Counted from the first letter of the stretch, positions 1-12,689 are shown. The stretch is 64,000 nucleotides of DNA from Scyliorhinus canicula (GCF_902713615.1 NC_052147.1:141921885-141985884); one strand, 5' to 3'. The notes: generated by a model not told the origin, from the sequence alone. Numbers and translations: made by a program.

Positions 1-121
1 TGAATTCTCCCTCTGTGTACCTGAATAGGCGCCAGAGTGTGGCGACTAGGGTAGTTTTACAGTAACTTCATTGCAATGTTAATGTAAGCTTACTTGTGAC
101 ACAAATAAAGATTATCATTAT
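1..121 (+). mobile_element. 3' tail of V-SINE (gtggcgactaggg...cagtaacttcattgc...gtgacaaataaagatta type)
   Basis: Same tail as the complete copies at 28488-28920, 44695-44998 and 49681-49998. Confidence 0.8.
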
Positions 122-124
122 TAG

Positions 125-370
125 TCTAATTACTAGCTTAAAAAGTTCTCCTGAATGCATTTTAAGAATTCCTCTCCTTCTAAAACTTTCACTCTTGGGC
201 TTCCCCAGTTAATATTGGGTAAGTTGAAATCCCCGCACTATCACTACCCTATTAATTTTACACTTCTCTGACAATTGCCTACATATCTGCTCTTCTATTT
301 CTCTCAGTGTGTTTGGGGCCTATAGAACACTCCCACCAATGCAATTGTTCCTTTTTGGTTTTTAAGTATT
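125..370 (-). mobile_element. CR1 LINE endonuclease fragment
   Basis: Minus strand encodes a GDFNLPNINW motif shared with other CR1 copies (GDFNFPNIDW at 61660). Confidence 0.7.
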
Positions 371-1242
371 AAGTAAATAAGGTTCCGTACATAAACAACT
401 TGATTAGATTAATCTCAACAGAATTCTTTCTCAGCTGCTATCACTATTTTAGCTGAACTTTTTTGAACAAAAACTCCAAATATTACTGTGCACACAAAAT
501 CTTCCCTCTTGCTATTATATTGCAGTAAAATATTGCGTGTGAGTGGATCTTTTACAAATAGGAGGGTGGAGCATTGTGAACTGCGGAAGGGCCAAAGAAT
601 TAATCTGCGGCCCCCTGACTTTTAGAAACTGTAGAATAGGTGGGTAGAAAAAGCTAACAATCAATTATGGTAACATCATAATTTTATATAATAAAAGGTG
701 CTGGTGCTAGGAATGAAAAGCACTTCCCCTTGTCATGTACTCCCATTCAGTTACTGATTGCATTCACAAATATTTAGCTGTATATGCCATCTCGGGGATG
801 GGGGTGGGGGAGCATTGCCATTTCACAACCTGTGCTCCATTGAATAAAAAAGAGTGATGCAAATTCCTCTGGCCCCATGTCCCTCGGCGTTCACCACTTT
901 GTGATATCCATGACATAGGCACACTCCTGTTTTATGGACTTCAACAGGGCTCTTGAACTTTAAGCAGGTGGCCTTTCTTCCTTTGTGTGCTTGTGTGTCA
1001 ACTCGACATTTAATTAGAAGGGCTGGGTGTGAGATGGCAAATCTCAATTCCACCTTTATCCAATAGCCGTAACACAGCAGGCAACACTTCATCAGTGGAA
1101 CCAACCAAGCCATTGGATAAATTTCAGACCAACAGCTTTTCATTACCATGTTTTGGTTGATCTAAACTTCATTTTTTCCTCCTCTTACCAACAGTGCATG
1201 CTAACGAAGTCAGCTGGGAAAATGACTAAGAGGCGCTATTCA

Positions 1243-1468
1243 GGACAGCACGGTGGCGCCGTGGGTTAGCCCTGCAGCCTCATGGGACCGTGGTCCCAGG
1301 TTCGATCCCGGCTCTTGGTCACTGTCCATGTGGAGCTTGCATATTCCCCTCGTGTTTGCATGGGTTTCGCCCCCAAAATCCAAAGATGTGCAGGGTAGGT
1401 GGATTAGCCACGGTAAGTTGCCCCTTAATTGGAAAGAAATTAATTGGGTGCTCTAAATTTATTAAAAA
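1243..1468 (+). mobile_element. Short poly(A)-tailed V-SINE (HE1-related)
   Basis: tRNA-like head with B box ggttcgatccc, V-domain ggtaggtggattagcca, A tail; 15-bp TSD aagaggc/agctattca (1228-1242, 1469-1483). Confidence 0.9.
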
Positions 1469-1894
1469 AAGAGGAGCTATTCAAACAACGAGCTGAGGGC
1501 GCTGAACTACCACTGGAGGATTATTTCAAAATATTTCAATGATTGAGTAATTTCAAAAGTAACTCGATAATTCATTGTGCCTTGATGCCACTGGCCTCAA
1601 TGACTTACCTGAGCTTGCACTCAATGATAAAACTGCTCTAAAAATCAAACTGCAGCATAGCTCCTTTTCCTGGTGGTGATAAGAATTCACCCTCCTCCCA
1701 CCCCCCAACATGCTCTGCATGAATTTGTGAAATCACGTTCTCTTCCAGTGCAGTACAATAACATTCAAACAAGGAGTAGTCAGGCAACTTGTTGTTTGAA
1801 TACTTGTCCAAGACTGATTCAACCATTTTCCCCTGCCCTTTCATGACTCACACGAATCTAAAAGGATGTGCAAGGTTATATTAATCTGACTGTC

Positions 1895-2080
1895 TCTATA
1901 CCTCAACCAGTACAGTTTATCTGATTATTCATCTCATTGCTGTTTGTGGAATCATAAAAATATAGACTGGGTGTTGTCTTTGCCGATATGGCAGTACCTA
2001 CATTTCAAAAATACTTCACTGGCTGTGAAGTGCTTTGGGACTTCCTGAGGACATGGAAGGCGCAACGTAGCTGCAAATCA
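1895..2080 (+). mobile_element. Deu-domain SINE 3' fragment (SacSINE1/AmnSINE1-like)
   Basis: cattgctgtttgtgg...ttcaaaaatacttcactggctgtgaagtgctttgggacttcctgagg, typical of the DeuSINE 3' part. Confidence 0.6.
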
Positions 2081-2567
2081 GCCTCGAATGTGTCAATTGA
2101 GTCCACCATCGCTGCTGTAGATGGCAATCTGTTCCATATGTTAATTCGAAGAGTTGCTTCTTAAAAATATCCGAGCTGTGAATGTATGACTTACTTCATG
2201 CTTTCCTTAATAAGATCAGTTTCAGTACCAAGAAGGTTCTGCTCCAACTTTCACTTGTCATATCTGCAATGCCATGACTCAGACACAAACTATTAAGGGG
2301 GACAATTTTCTCACTGTGAAAACAACTTTTCAACCTGGGTCGGTAGACAGCAAACTTATTGCATTACCAAACGAATAATTGAAATGGGACCTGGGCTCAC
2401 TGTCCTCTAGATTTCAAACTTTGGTGAAAACTTTTTCCAGTTAGATAAATTCTGATGGGTGGTTTCAAACCTATTGTAAATGTTTCTATGAACATTGCCA
2501 ACCCTCCCGAGACTGGAGTTATTGTTTGCGCTTGGTCAGCATCTGCGGATACTTTTAGATATCCTAC

Positions 2568-2672
2568 CTGTCACGCTCTTCTTTCATTCTCTCCAGCTCT
2601 TCTTCATTCAGTCCATCACTCTTTTGTTTAGACTTTTGTTCCTTCCCTTTTTCCTCCTTCTTTTTACCAAAT
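2568..2672 (-). CDS. PARD3B: Internal coding exon of partitioning defective 3 homolog B (Par-3 beta), C-terminal coiled-coil region
   Basis: Minus strand ...ttgcatttttaaacag|ATTTGGTAAAAAGAAG...GAGCGTGACAG|gtagga; 105 nt, phase 2/2. Translates (R)FGKKKEEKGKEQKSKQKSDGLNEEELERMKEERD(R), matching from memory human PARD3B RFGKKKEDKGGKAEQKGTLKHGGLREEELEKMKEERER much better than PARD3 RFGKHRKDDK. Confidence 0.9.
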
Positions 2673-2741
2673 CTGTTTAAAAATGCAATAATGATACTCA
2701 TTCAAAACAAGAAGCACAACAAATAAGCAAAGAAGAAAGAC

Positions 2742-3103
2742 AAGGTGGCACAATGGCTGGCACTTCCAACTCTCAATGCAGAGCCCCGAGTTCGATTCCG
2801 GCCTTGGGTGACTGTCTGGGTGCAGTTTCCACCTTCTCCCAGTGTCTGCGTGGGTTTCCGCCCACAGCCCAAGGATATGCAGATTAACTGGATTGGTCAG
2901 GCCAAACTGCTCCTTCATGTCCAAAGTTGTGCAAGTTAGGTGCATTGGCCATGTTAAATTGCCCCTTTGTGTCCAAAGGTGTGTAGGTTATGGGGATAGG
3001 CGGGGCTTGGGCCGAGGTAAGGTGCTCTTTCGGAGGGTTGGTGCAGACTCGATGGGCCGAATAGCCTCCTGTTGCACTGTAGGGATTCTATTGATTTTTC
3101 TAT
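2742..3103 (+). mobile_element. HE1 SINE with CR1/HER1-type tail
   Basis: tRNA head, V domain, tail gggccgaatagcctcctgttgcactgtagggattcta. Confidence 0.85.
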
Positions 3104-3142
3104 GAACTTTTGGAGTTTGTCTCTATTATTACATAGATGTTT

Positions 3143-3488
3143 CATAGAATTTACAGTGCAGAAGGAGGCCATTCAGCCCATCGAGTCTGCACCGGCTCTT
3201 GGAAAGAGCACCCTACCCAAGGTCAACACCTCCACCCTATCCCCATAACCCAGTAACCCCACTCAACACTAGGTGTAATTTTGGACACTAAGGGCAAATT
3301 ATCACGGCCAATCCACCTAATCTGCACATCTTTGGACTGTGGGAGGAAACCGGAGCACCCGGAGGAAACCCACGCACACACGGGGAGGATGTGTAGACTC
3401 TGCACCGACAGTGACCCAAGCCAGAATTGAACCTGGGACCCTGGAGCTGTGAAGCAGTTGTGCTATCCACAATGCTACCGTGCTGCCC
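3143..3488 (-). mobile_element. HE1 SINE with CR1/HER1-type tail
   Basis: Full-length reverse copy; forms a tail-to-tail inverted pair with 2742-3103. Confidence 0.9.
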
Positions 3489-5394
3489 CTAGATTTAGTG
3501 ACAACACATAAGATTCTTAGCTTATCTAATTGTTCATGCCAATTTTCTCCCCTGGCACTCTGATGAAGATATGGATCCATAGGTATTGGCATGTCCTGGT
3601 ATGTCATGTGCATGAGTTGGGCAATGGGCGTCAGCAGCTGCTGGAATGCAGGGGCCTCATTGCCAAGTTTGAATTATCTTTACCTCACTTCCAAAAGTGT
3701 ATGCTTCGAAGAAGGGTTGTTGGGCTACAATCAGGAGTGGGAATTTATCTCCCGACCGAAGGAGCTCTGCGGCATGTTCCAACACACCTACCACTGCACT
3801 CTTGACTGAAGTCAGTTAACTTAGTACAGGCATGGGATCGAATCTGTGTCTGCCTGACCATTAAGTACAAATCAGTCACATTCTCCAATTCATGCTTTCA
3901 CTTACGCTGAGAAAGCATTTGAACCTATGCATTCCCAAAGGTACTGAATCTGAGTCCCATTCTATCCACATCAGCCAGATATTTTTATTGAATTCAAATT
4001 TCACCATCTACTGTGGGGGGGATTTGAATTTGGGTCTTCAGATTACTAATCCAGTGACAATACCGCTGCACCACCATCCCCATTCATGCAAATTTATCTT
4101 CACCTCATTGGGCACCAATTAGCTTCCTATCCAGGACTGCAAAGCCAATTATAAAATTGACACCACTCCTGACTGAGACTAACTAACCCAGCACTGACCT
4201 AGAAATTATCTTGGAAAAAAGCTCTGTTCTCCAGCCTGCATCATATCACACAGCACATTAATCCTGTGAACCCAACAGTGTTCCAGTTCATTAATTATTT
4301 GACCTTTGAGAGCTTTTTAGTTAAAGCTATGGTATGTTTCGGATATCAGTCCTAGTTGAGGATTATTAAGGATTAACATGCAAATTGCAGAATCCTTACC
4401 ATCTCCTTGACAATCTAAGGACCATTGGGATATTGAGTAGATTAGTATATTAATGAACTCTCATGAACTTTAATGAACCTGCCGTTTAAATGGGTACCGT
4501 TGACAATCTGGGACCGTACCTAGATTATTTCTGATACAGTACTTCCATCAGGAGGTTTCAGACATTGGATGCTAAGAGAGATTGATTTTGGCAAACAGCC
4601 TGGGAATCATCTATCAGGCAAGTTACATGCTGAGCCCTGGACTGGGAGTGAATCAGAATTCAGTGTCTAAATGTCTATCCAGCTCGCAGACAAGGTTTGA
4701 ATTTATAGATTGGCTTGAAACCAATAGTTTGGTGGATCTGTTGGTATGATCCAATCAACAGATGAGCTGATTACTGCATGTGAGCCATGCACTGCTGTCC
4801 ATATTTTACTCTCAGTATTTCGACACTGAATTTGAATAAAATTACCCTTGTGAGCAATGACATGGATTAAGCAAAAGGCAACCTTACAGTCATGTTTAAA
4901 ATGAACAACACCTTTCATGTGACATTTTGACAAACATGGAACATAGCTGGAAGTGTCAGTAGATGATTCACTTCAGTGCAGATCTGAAAGACTAACAATG
5001 TTAGCAACACGATTGGCTAATTGAATACGGTGCATATGCTGAAGCAGATGATACCTCGCACCCAAAATCTCACAGCTTCACACTGTCACTGTACCGTTAT
5101 ATTGGGCATTAACAAAATTCATCTCAAGAGATCTGTCAATATCTGTGCAACTTTCAGAGAGTCACAGGCAGCCAAAAATCTATCTGGCCAGGTCTCCATT
5201 TTACAGTGTTTGCAAACACAACAATGCTCATTGATGGAGTAGATGACAACAATGAGATCAACACTTGTGATTATCCTGAGGTTTTTTTTGTTGTATATAT
5301 GTTTTCTGCCCTCTTGCAACTCTTTGCAAATGGAGATATCAGAATCCGATCACACGAATAAGGACAACGTCAGATTTGCACCCATAGAAGTATT

Positions 5395-6190
5395 CATATA
5401 GTCATACAGCACAGGAAGACATTTGGCCCATCATGTTGGCTGCACAGTTAGTCCACTTCTATTTTCCCATAGCTCTGCACATGTTTCCTTTTAAACTATA
5501 TACTCAATTCCCTTTTGAAAGCTACAACTGAATCTGTTTTCAGACAGCATGTTCCAGATTAGTGATGGGCAACCTAGGCAAGTGAGTGGTCCACACAAAG
5601 GGCTCTTTTTCATCTCAGTTGGCCGCAAGACTGAAATTGGGCAAGCTCACAACTATGTCCCTTGAATAAGTTTGAATACATTTAATACCCAAGCCAAATA
5701 CTTCATCACGAGTTATCAAAAATGCTTAATTGTTCATATATTAATGGAACAGTCATCAACTTCAAGTGGTAAAAGCAAAATAAATATTTACACTTTGGAT
5801 ATAGAGGGAGTGCATGGATCTCACAGTCAATGCTGTGAGCAATCAGCACTCACTTCACATGCCCTTGCTTCACTTGCCTTACATGTGTATTACAACCGTA
5901 TCGATTGGAAAAAAGCTATGCAGATGGAAACCAGCGGAATATGGCAGCTCTGCGCATAGGCAGCGGTCAACAAAATGTCTTGTTGTCTGCACGGAGAACC
6001 TTAATGTACCATATGTGCCCCTCCACCCCCCAGACTGCTGGTTGCCCATCACTGTTCCAGATCATTGTAATTCACCGCGTTAAAAAAAACCTCCTTGTTT
6101 CTCCCCTCTGCGCCTTTTGCCAAGAGTCCTCTGGTCGCTGACCGCTCAGCCTAACGGGAAAGGGTTTCACAATTCTGCTCACCACTCTTG
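5395..6190 (-). mobile_element. Old CR1 3' end (host of the hAT MITE)
   Basis: catagtcatacagcacagga...ggcccatc tail motif; the sequence resumes after 6054. Confidence 0.55.
5560..6054. mobile_element. Non-autonomous hAT DNA transposon (MITE)
   Basis: 15-bp TIR (t/c)agtgatgggcaacc / ggttgcccatcactg; exact 8-bp TSD ttccagat (5552-5559, 6055-6062). Confidence 0.9.
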
Positions 6191-7274
6191 AATCCCCCCC
6201 AACCCCACCCACACCCTCCATCACTGATAACAATTCCAGCTCTTCTCCACAGTACTGTCTCTCTCAGATTGACCACGCAGCCCAACAGTGCAATCTGGTG
6301 TGAACGCTCAGCATCTGTACTGGGACAGAACACCAATAGCTAAGCATGAGGCTGAAAAGCTAGATTTTATTACTTATGTACTTGTTTTCAACAAATGAAC
6401 AACATCACTGCAACAAAAAATACATGTTGCTGGCAGAGTGCTCTACACTATCTGAAGCAGTGCAGTGTTCCATTTTCCATCACTCCGCCAGAATACCACA
6501 TGTTCTATACAAAAACACACACACGTACGTGTACATGATGGTGTGTTTATACTTTTTGTCACAGTGCAAATACATCACACTTTCCCATCTGCTTTCATCA
6601 ACAAATTCAACATAAGATATGAACTACTCCTGAAGCTGAATTAATTGCATCAGTAAATAGGCAGCACATGGTGCTTTTCAAAAGTTTTTAAAGAAACCTG
6701 CATTTCTCGGTGACAAGTGGAAATGTTACACACTTCCCAATTTTTGTAAATGGTCCCACTTAAATATGAAAGCTTATTAGCACAATATCAGTCAACACAA
6801 TTTCACTGGCAGGCAAAAAGTGTCATTTTCACACTAAGAGGTGCTGCAACAGAGCATGGTCTGTGCATTATATTGGTGTTAACACATCAGTGAAAATAGA
6901 AAATTGATAACATATTTTCAAGAAAAGTTCCAAATTATAAAATCTGATTGAACTGCATATTAAAAATTATTAACAATGGATCTCACAGCTAAGAGCAACA
7001 TACCCTCTAGTTTTCTTTTTGGAGTAACGGGGTGGATTGTTTGCGGCCTGTTAGCCTTTTTTTTGTTGCATGGCTGTGCATGGGCAGTGACTCAAAGGGG
7101 CTGACTTTTGCACAATCTCTGTGGAAACTTTCCAGTTTCTGCGCAGCCACTCAGTGAACATTGTGAGGCTTTTCAGGTCTGCTCAGCAATTTCCAGTCCT
7201 CGATCATGTCCACGCGAAGGTTTTTGAGGAACAGTGCAAAGGCATAGCAATCTTTGCTGGTTGCAGAATGACAG

Positions 7275-8150
7275 GTCCAAATTTGCAGACAACACTAAGC
7301 TGGGTGGCAGTGTGTGCTGTGAGGTGGATGCAAAGAGGCTGCAGGGTGACTTGGACAGGCTGGCTGAGTGGACAAATTCTTGGCAAATGCAATATAATGT
7401 GAGTAAATGTGAGGTTATCCACTTTGCTGGCAAAACAGGAAGGCAGATTATTATCTGAATGGTGGCAATTTAAAAAAAGGGGAAGTGCAATGAGACTTGG
7501 GTGTCCTGGTAGAACAGTCGATGAAGGTTGGCATGCAGGAGGTGAGGAAAGCTAATGGCATGCTGGTCTTCATAGCGGGAGGAATTGAGTGCAGGAGTAG
7601 AGATGTCTTGCTGAAGTTATACCAGACCATGGTGATGCCGAACCTTGTCCAGTTTTGGTCTCCTAGTTTGAGGAAGGACATTCTTGCGATTCAGGGCATC
7701 AAGCGAAGGTTCACCAGATTAATTCCTGGGATGGCAGGACTGACATATGAAGAAAGCCTGGATCGACTGGGCTTGTACTCACTGGAGTTTAGAAGAATGA
7801 GAGGGGATCTCATAGAAACATATAAAATCCTGACAGGCCGGGAAGAATGTTCCAGGTGTTGGGGATGTCCAGAACTACGGGTCACAGCCGAAGAATAAAG
7901 GGTAAGCCATTAGGACTGAGATGAGGAAAAACTTCTTCTGTCAGAGAGTTGTGAACTTCTGGAATTCTCGGCCACAGAAAGCTGTTTGGGCCAGTTCACT
8001 GGATATATTCAAAAGACACCTGGACGTGACCCTCGCGGCTAAAAGGATCGAGAGGTATGGAGTATGGAGAGAAAGCTATGATCATTTTGAATGACGGCTC
8101 AGGCTTGAAGTGTCAAATGGCCTTCTCCTGCACTTATCTTCTATGTTTCT
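7275..8150 (+). mobile_element. 5'-truncated CR1 LINE (RT C-terminus and tail)
   Basis: SKFADNTKLGG, WQMQYNVSKCEVIHF, VQFWSP, RMRGDLIETYKIL motifs. Confidence 0.9.
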
Positions 8151-9199
8151 CACTATCTATATCTTTGCTTACAATGATGCCACTGTAAAGATTATGCAAC
8201 TGACAGATCGTACTACACTCAAATCAGTAGAATGGAGATCCCAGTAGCAGATAATTCATGGACCCCCTGTATTGAAGCAATATAGCATTGCTTCAATAGT
8301 TTAACTCAGCTGTTAGGAACTGAACCTTTGAATATTTAAGGACAGTATTTGCCAAGGACCAGATTACATTAAAAATGGAACACAATTGCAGAAGCTTACA
8401 ATACAGAAGGAGTTTACCTTGCCCATTGTGTCTGTGCTAGATTGTTGAAAGAGCAATTCAATTAATGCCATTCCCCCTGCCCTTTCCTCGTAGCCCTGCA
8501 ACTAAGTCCCTTTCCAATCACATATTGAATTTCCTTTTGAACATTGCCATTGAATCTCTGCCAGCCAACACCGAGATGGACATACATTTGGGAAGTATTG
8601 ACACCCGTTCTTTAGACCCCTCACTATCTTAACCTTCACTGACCATTCCCTCCACCCAGGATGCAAGAGCCTTCCCCCTTCACTCCTCCATGGCCCCTAT
8701 GGGCCCAACCACACCCTCTGCCCTCCCCTGGGTCACACTTCTGCTCTGCCACGCCCCCATACACATCGATATTCAGAGTGCCCCCTGGCCACCTCATTGT
8801 TGACTAACCCTTGCCAATTCTGAGCCTTCGTGCTAGCTGCCATTCTCGTGCTCCATTTCCTTGTGCCATAGAGCTAAAAGTGGTGAACCACTGACCTTGC
8901 AGGCAACTGCCCAAAACCAACAGATGAATGTCACCCTTACACAAACGTGAACTGACCGCCACAATTTTGACTTGTGTCACTGACTTTATCTTGAAGATAA
9001 GATGTAATTCAAAGGTTTTACACGAATGGGTATTCATGTCATGCAAATATGTTACAAGTATGATCCCGCCATAGGCTGGTGAGGGTTAACATGCCGTCAA
9101 AACACCGCTGCCTTTATCTCTGCATCTTAACCTGCCTTCAGAAAATCAAGTTCTCATATCTGACCTCACTCACCATGTTTCCATCTCTTGTGGGCTCCA

Positions 9200-9792
9200 T
9201 AAAAATCCACTGCAGAAAATATATACCACACTTCAGCAGGAAATGTCGAAAATATACATTGTATTCCATTGAGGAATTTAGGAAATATACATTGCACCCC
9301 ATTGGGAAAAGTAGAAAATATACACTGCACCCCATTGAGAAATGTAGCAAATAGACACCACACCGCACTGAGATGTGTGGAAAATATACACTTCACCCCC
9401 AATAAGGAATGTGGAAAATATACACCACACTCCATTGAGGAATGTAGAAAATATACACCACACTCCATTGAGGAATGTAGAAAATATACACCACATCCCA
9501 TCGAGGAATATAGAAAATATACACTGCACCTCATTGAGGATTGCAGAAAATATACACTACACTCCATTGAGCAATGTAGAGAATGTACACAGTTCCCCAT
9601 TGAGGAATGTAGAAAATATACATCGCACTCCATTGAGGAATGCAAAAAATATACATCGCACTCCATTGAAGACAGTAGAAAATATACACCACAATGAGAG
9701 ATTTAGAAAAATATACACTGCACTCCATTGAGGAATATAGAAAATATACACCACTCTCCATTGAGGAATATAGAAAATTTACATGGCACCCC
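9200..9792. repeat. 33-bp minisatellite, left block (~18 units)
   Basis: Consensus gaggaatgtagaaaatatacaccacactccatt; gives 11-aa periodic ORFs in several frames. Confidence 0.95.
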
Positions 9793-11895
9793 AAGGGGGG
9801 ATGCAGAAGTTGTGGAAGGCTGGAATTTAGTATAATCATCATCAATAGGGTAACAGTACTCAATACACTATTGGGATTGAAGGCAGACAAGTCCTCAGGG
9901 CCTGATGACCTACATCCTAGGCTGTTAAAGGAAGTAGCAGCGGAGATAGTGGGTCTATTTGTTACAATATTTAAAACTTCCCAGGACACAGGAAAGATTC
10001 CAATGGATTCAAAATGTGCTAATGTAACACCCGTAATCAAAAACATCCTTATTCAAAAAAGGAAGAAGAATGTAGGAAATTATAGACCAGTTAGTTTAAT
10101 ATCTGTTGTTGGGAAATTGTTTGAATCCATTATTAAGAATCTAATAACAGGACATTTGGAAAATCAAAGTACAATCCACCAGAGTCAGCATGGTTTTATG
10201 AAGGGCAAACCATGTTTGACTAATTTCTAAGATGCAACAAGCCAAGCAGATAATAGGGATCCTGTAGAAGTAGTATATCTGGACTTCTGGAAGGCATTTG
10301 ATTTAAAAAAAAAAATGAATTTAGAGTACCCAATTTTGTTTTTTACAACTAAGGGGTGATTTAGCATGGCCAATCCACCCACCCTGCACATCTTTTTATT
10401 TTGTGGAAGTGAGACCCACAAAGATACGGGAGTATGTGCAAACTCCACACGAATAGTGACCCACGGCCGGGATCGAATCCGGGTCGTTGATGCAATGAGG
10501 CAGCAGTGCTAACCACTGGACCACCTGGAAGACATTTGAAAAGGTGCCTCATAGAAGGTTAATACACAAGGTTAGATCACATGGGGTTTGGTGTAATTGA
10601 TTAGCTTGGATAGAAGTCTGGCTGACAGACAGAAGACAGAGAGTCGGGACAAATAATCTTTTTCTGGATGGCTGGTGTAACTAGTGGGGTACCACCGGGT
10701 TCGGTCCATGGGCCCCATCTATTTACAATCTATATTAATGACTTGAATACAGGGATAGAAGATTCTATAGCCAAATTTGCAGATGGTATTAAAATAGGTG
10801 GGACAGCGAATTGCAATGAGGAAACAAGAACCTTAAAAAATGGATATAGATAGGTTAGGAGAGTGGGCCAAAAAGTGGCAGATGGAGTTTAACATGGATA
10901 AGTGTGAGGTTAATCATTTTGGTCGTAAAAATGGAAAGGCAACTTATTATCCAAATGGGGAGAGACTTTGTGGTGCTCTGGTGAATAGGGATTTGGTGTC
11001 CTTGTGCATGAGTCACAGAAAACTAGAATCAGGTACACCAGGTAATAAAGAAAGTGAACGGAATGTAGGCATTTAGAACTAAAGGAATAGAGTATAAAGG
11101 TAAGGAAGTGTTGTTGCAACTGTACAAGGGATTAGTGAGACCGCACCTGGAATATTGTGCACAGTTTTGGTCCCTTTATTTGACTAAAGATGTAGTGGCA
11201 TTGGAGGCAGGTCAGAGGAGGTTCACTAGGTTGATTCCAGAGATGAGGGGTTTGTCTTATGAAGAGAGATTGAGCCATTTTGGCCTATACTCTCTTAGAG
11301 TTTAGAAGAATGAGGGGTAATAAAGGGTATGGATAAAGTAGATGTGGAGCGGATGCTTCCTCTGTGGGGCATTCCAGAATGAGAGGTCATAGTCTCAGGA
11401 TAAGGGCTGGAAATTTAAAGCAGAGAAGAGAAAAAACTACTTCTCGAAAAGCATTGTGAATCTGTGGAATTCGCTATGCCAGAGTATGGTGGATGCTGGG
11501 CCAGTGAGTAAATTTAAGGAGGAGTTAGATAGATTTTGAATTAGTAATAGGTTGAAGGGTTACAGAGAACAGGCAGGATGATGGAGGTGGGGCCATGATG
11601 TGATTGGCCATGATCATATTGAATAGTGGAGCAGGCTTGAGAGGCTAAATTCCTGCTTGTGGTTTTTATGTCTAAGAAAGAACCATTCTGTCTAATTCCA
11701 CCTTCCAACTCTTGGTCTGTAACCCTATAGGTAATCACCACCGTAAGCACAAATCTGATGTTCTTGATTAATAGGGGATCAGCAGTTATGGAGAGAAGGT
11801 AGGAGAATGGGGATGAGAAACTTCTCAGGCATGATCGAATGGTGAAGCAGAATCAATGGACCGAATTGCCTAATTCTGCTGCTATATCTTATAAT
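9793..11895 (+). mobile_element. CR1 LINE ORF2 (RT), decayed, inserted in the minisatellite; extra CR1 tail pieces at its 3' end
   Basis: DKSSGPDDLHPRLLKE, GNYRPVSL, QHGFMKGK, TSGVP, KFADG, RPHLEYCAQFW motifs. Confidence 0.92.
10304..10524 (-). mobile_element. Short poly(A)-tailed V-SINE nested in CR1
   Basis: TSD ctggaagg/acatttga on both sides. Confidence 0.88.
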
Positions 11896-12558
11896 CTATA
11901 TACACAGCACTCTATTGACGAATGCAGAAAATATACACCGCACCCCATTGAGGAATGTAGAAAATATACATGGCACCCCAAAAAGTAATGTAGAAAATAT
12001 ACATCGCACCCCAATAAGGAATAATAGAACATATACACAACACCCCATCGAGGAATGCAGAAAATATACATCATGCTCCTTTGAGGAATTAAGAAATTAT
12101 ACACGGCACCCGTTTGGGGAATGCAGAAAATATACATGGCAACCCAATAAAGAATATAGAAAATATACATCACAGCCCATGGAGGAATGTAGAAAATATA
12201 CTTAGCACCACATTGGAGAATGTAGAACATATACATTGTACCCCATTGACATATGTTAAAAAAATATGCACGGCATTCATAAAGAATGTAGAAATTATAC
12301 ATCACACTGCATTGGGGAATGTAGAAAACATACATTGGCCCCCCAATAAGGAATGTAGAAGATATACACCATATCCAAATGAAAAATGCAGAAAATATAC
12401 ACAACATTCCAGGGAGAAATGTTGAAAATGTACACTACATCCATTAAGGAATGTAGAAAATATACACATTCCATTGAAGAATGAAGAATGTAGGAAATAT
12501 ACATCGCACACCAAGAAGAACATAAAAAATATATATCACAACCCAATAAGGAATGTAA
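11896..12558. repeat. 33-bp minisatellite, right block (~20 units, more diverged)
   Basis: Same unit as 9200-9792. Confidence 0.95.
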
Positions 12559-12658
12559 CAAACAAAAGTGCATTTACTTTCGTTTGTAAAAAAAAACATC
12601 TTTGCCAAGAGGTGGCATTGATTGTAAATGGTTTTAACCATCTCCAAATGTCACTCAC

Positions 12659-12689
12659 CTGGGGAGATAATACAGCCGTTACAGACACA
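12659..12689 (-). other. Candidate 31-nt frameshifting microexon or recursive splice site
   Basis: ttatttttcctgtcag|TGTG...TCTCCCCAG|gtgagt. Confidence 0.35.

Noticed and set aside
823-1149. 108-aa minus-strand ORF as the next PARD3B exon
   Set aside because: No similarity to the expected IGAKHQELREKQ sequence and no convincing splice pair.
2568-2672. Assignment to PARD3 rather than PARD3B
   Set aside because: FGKKK and GL.EEELE.MKEER match PARD3B; PARD3 has FGKHRKDDK...EEERIRMKQEQER.
9200-12558. CRISPR-like array or 11-aa repeat protein (KYTPHSIEECR)n
   Set aside because: Vertebrate context; the ~11-nt variable parts are mutually homologous and not unique spacers; no cas genes. ORFs appear in nearly all frames simply because the unit is 33 bp.
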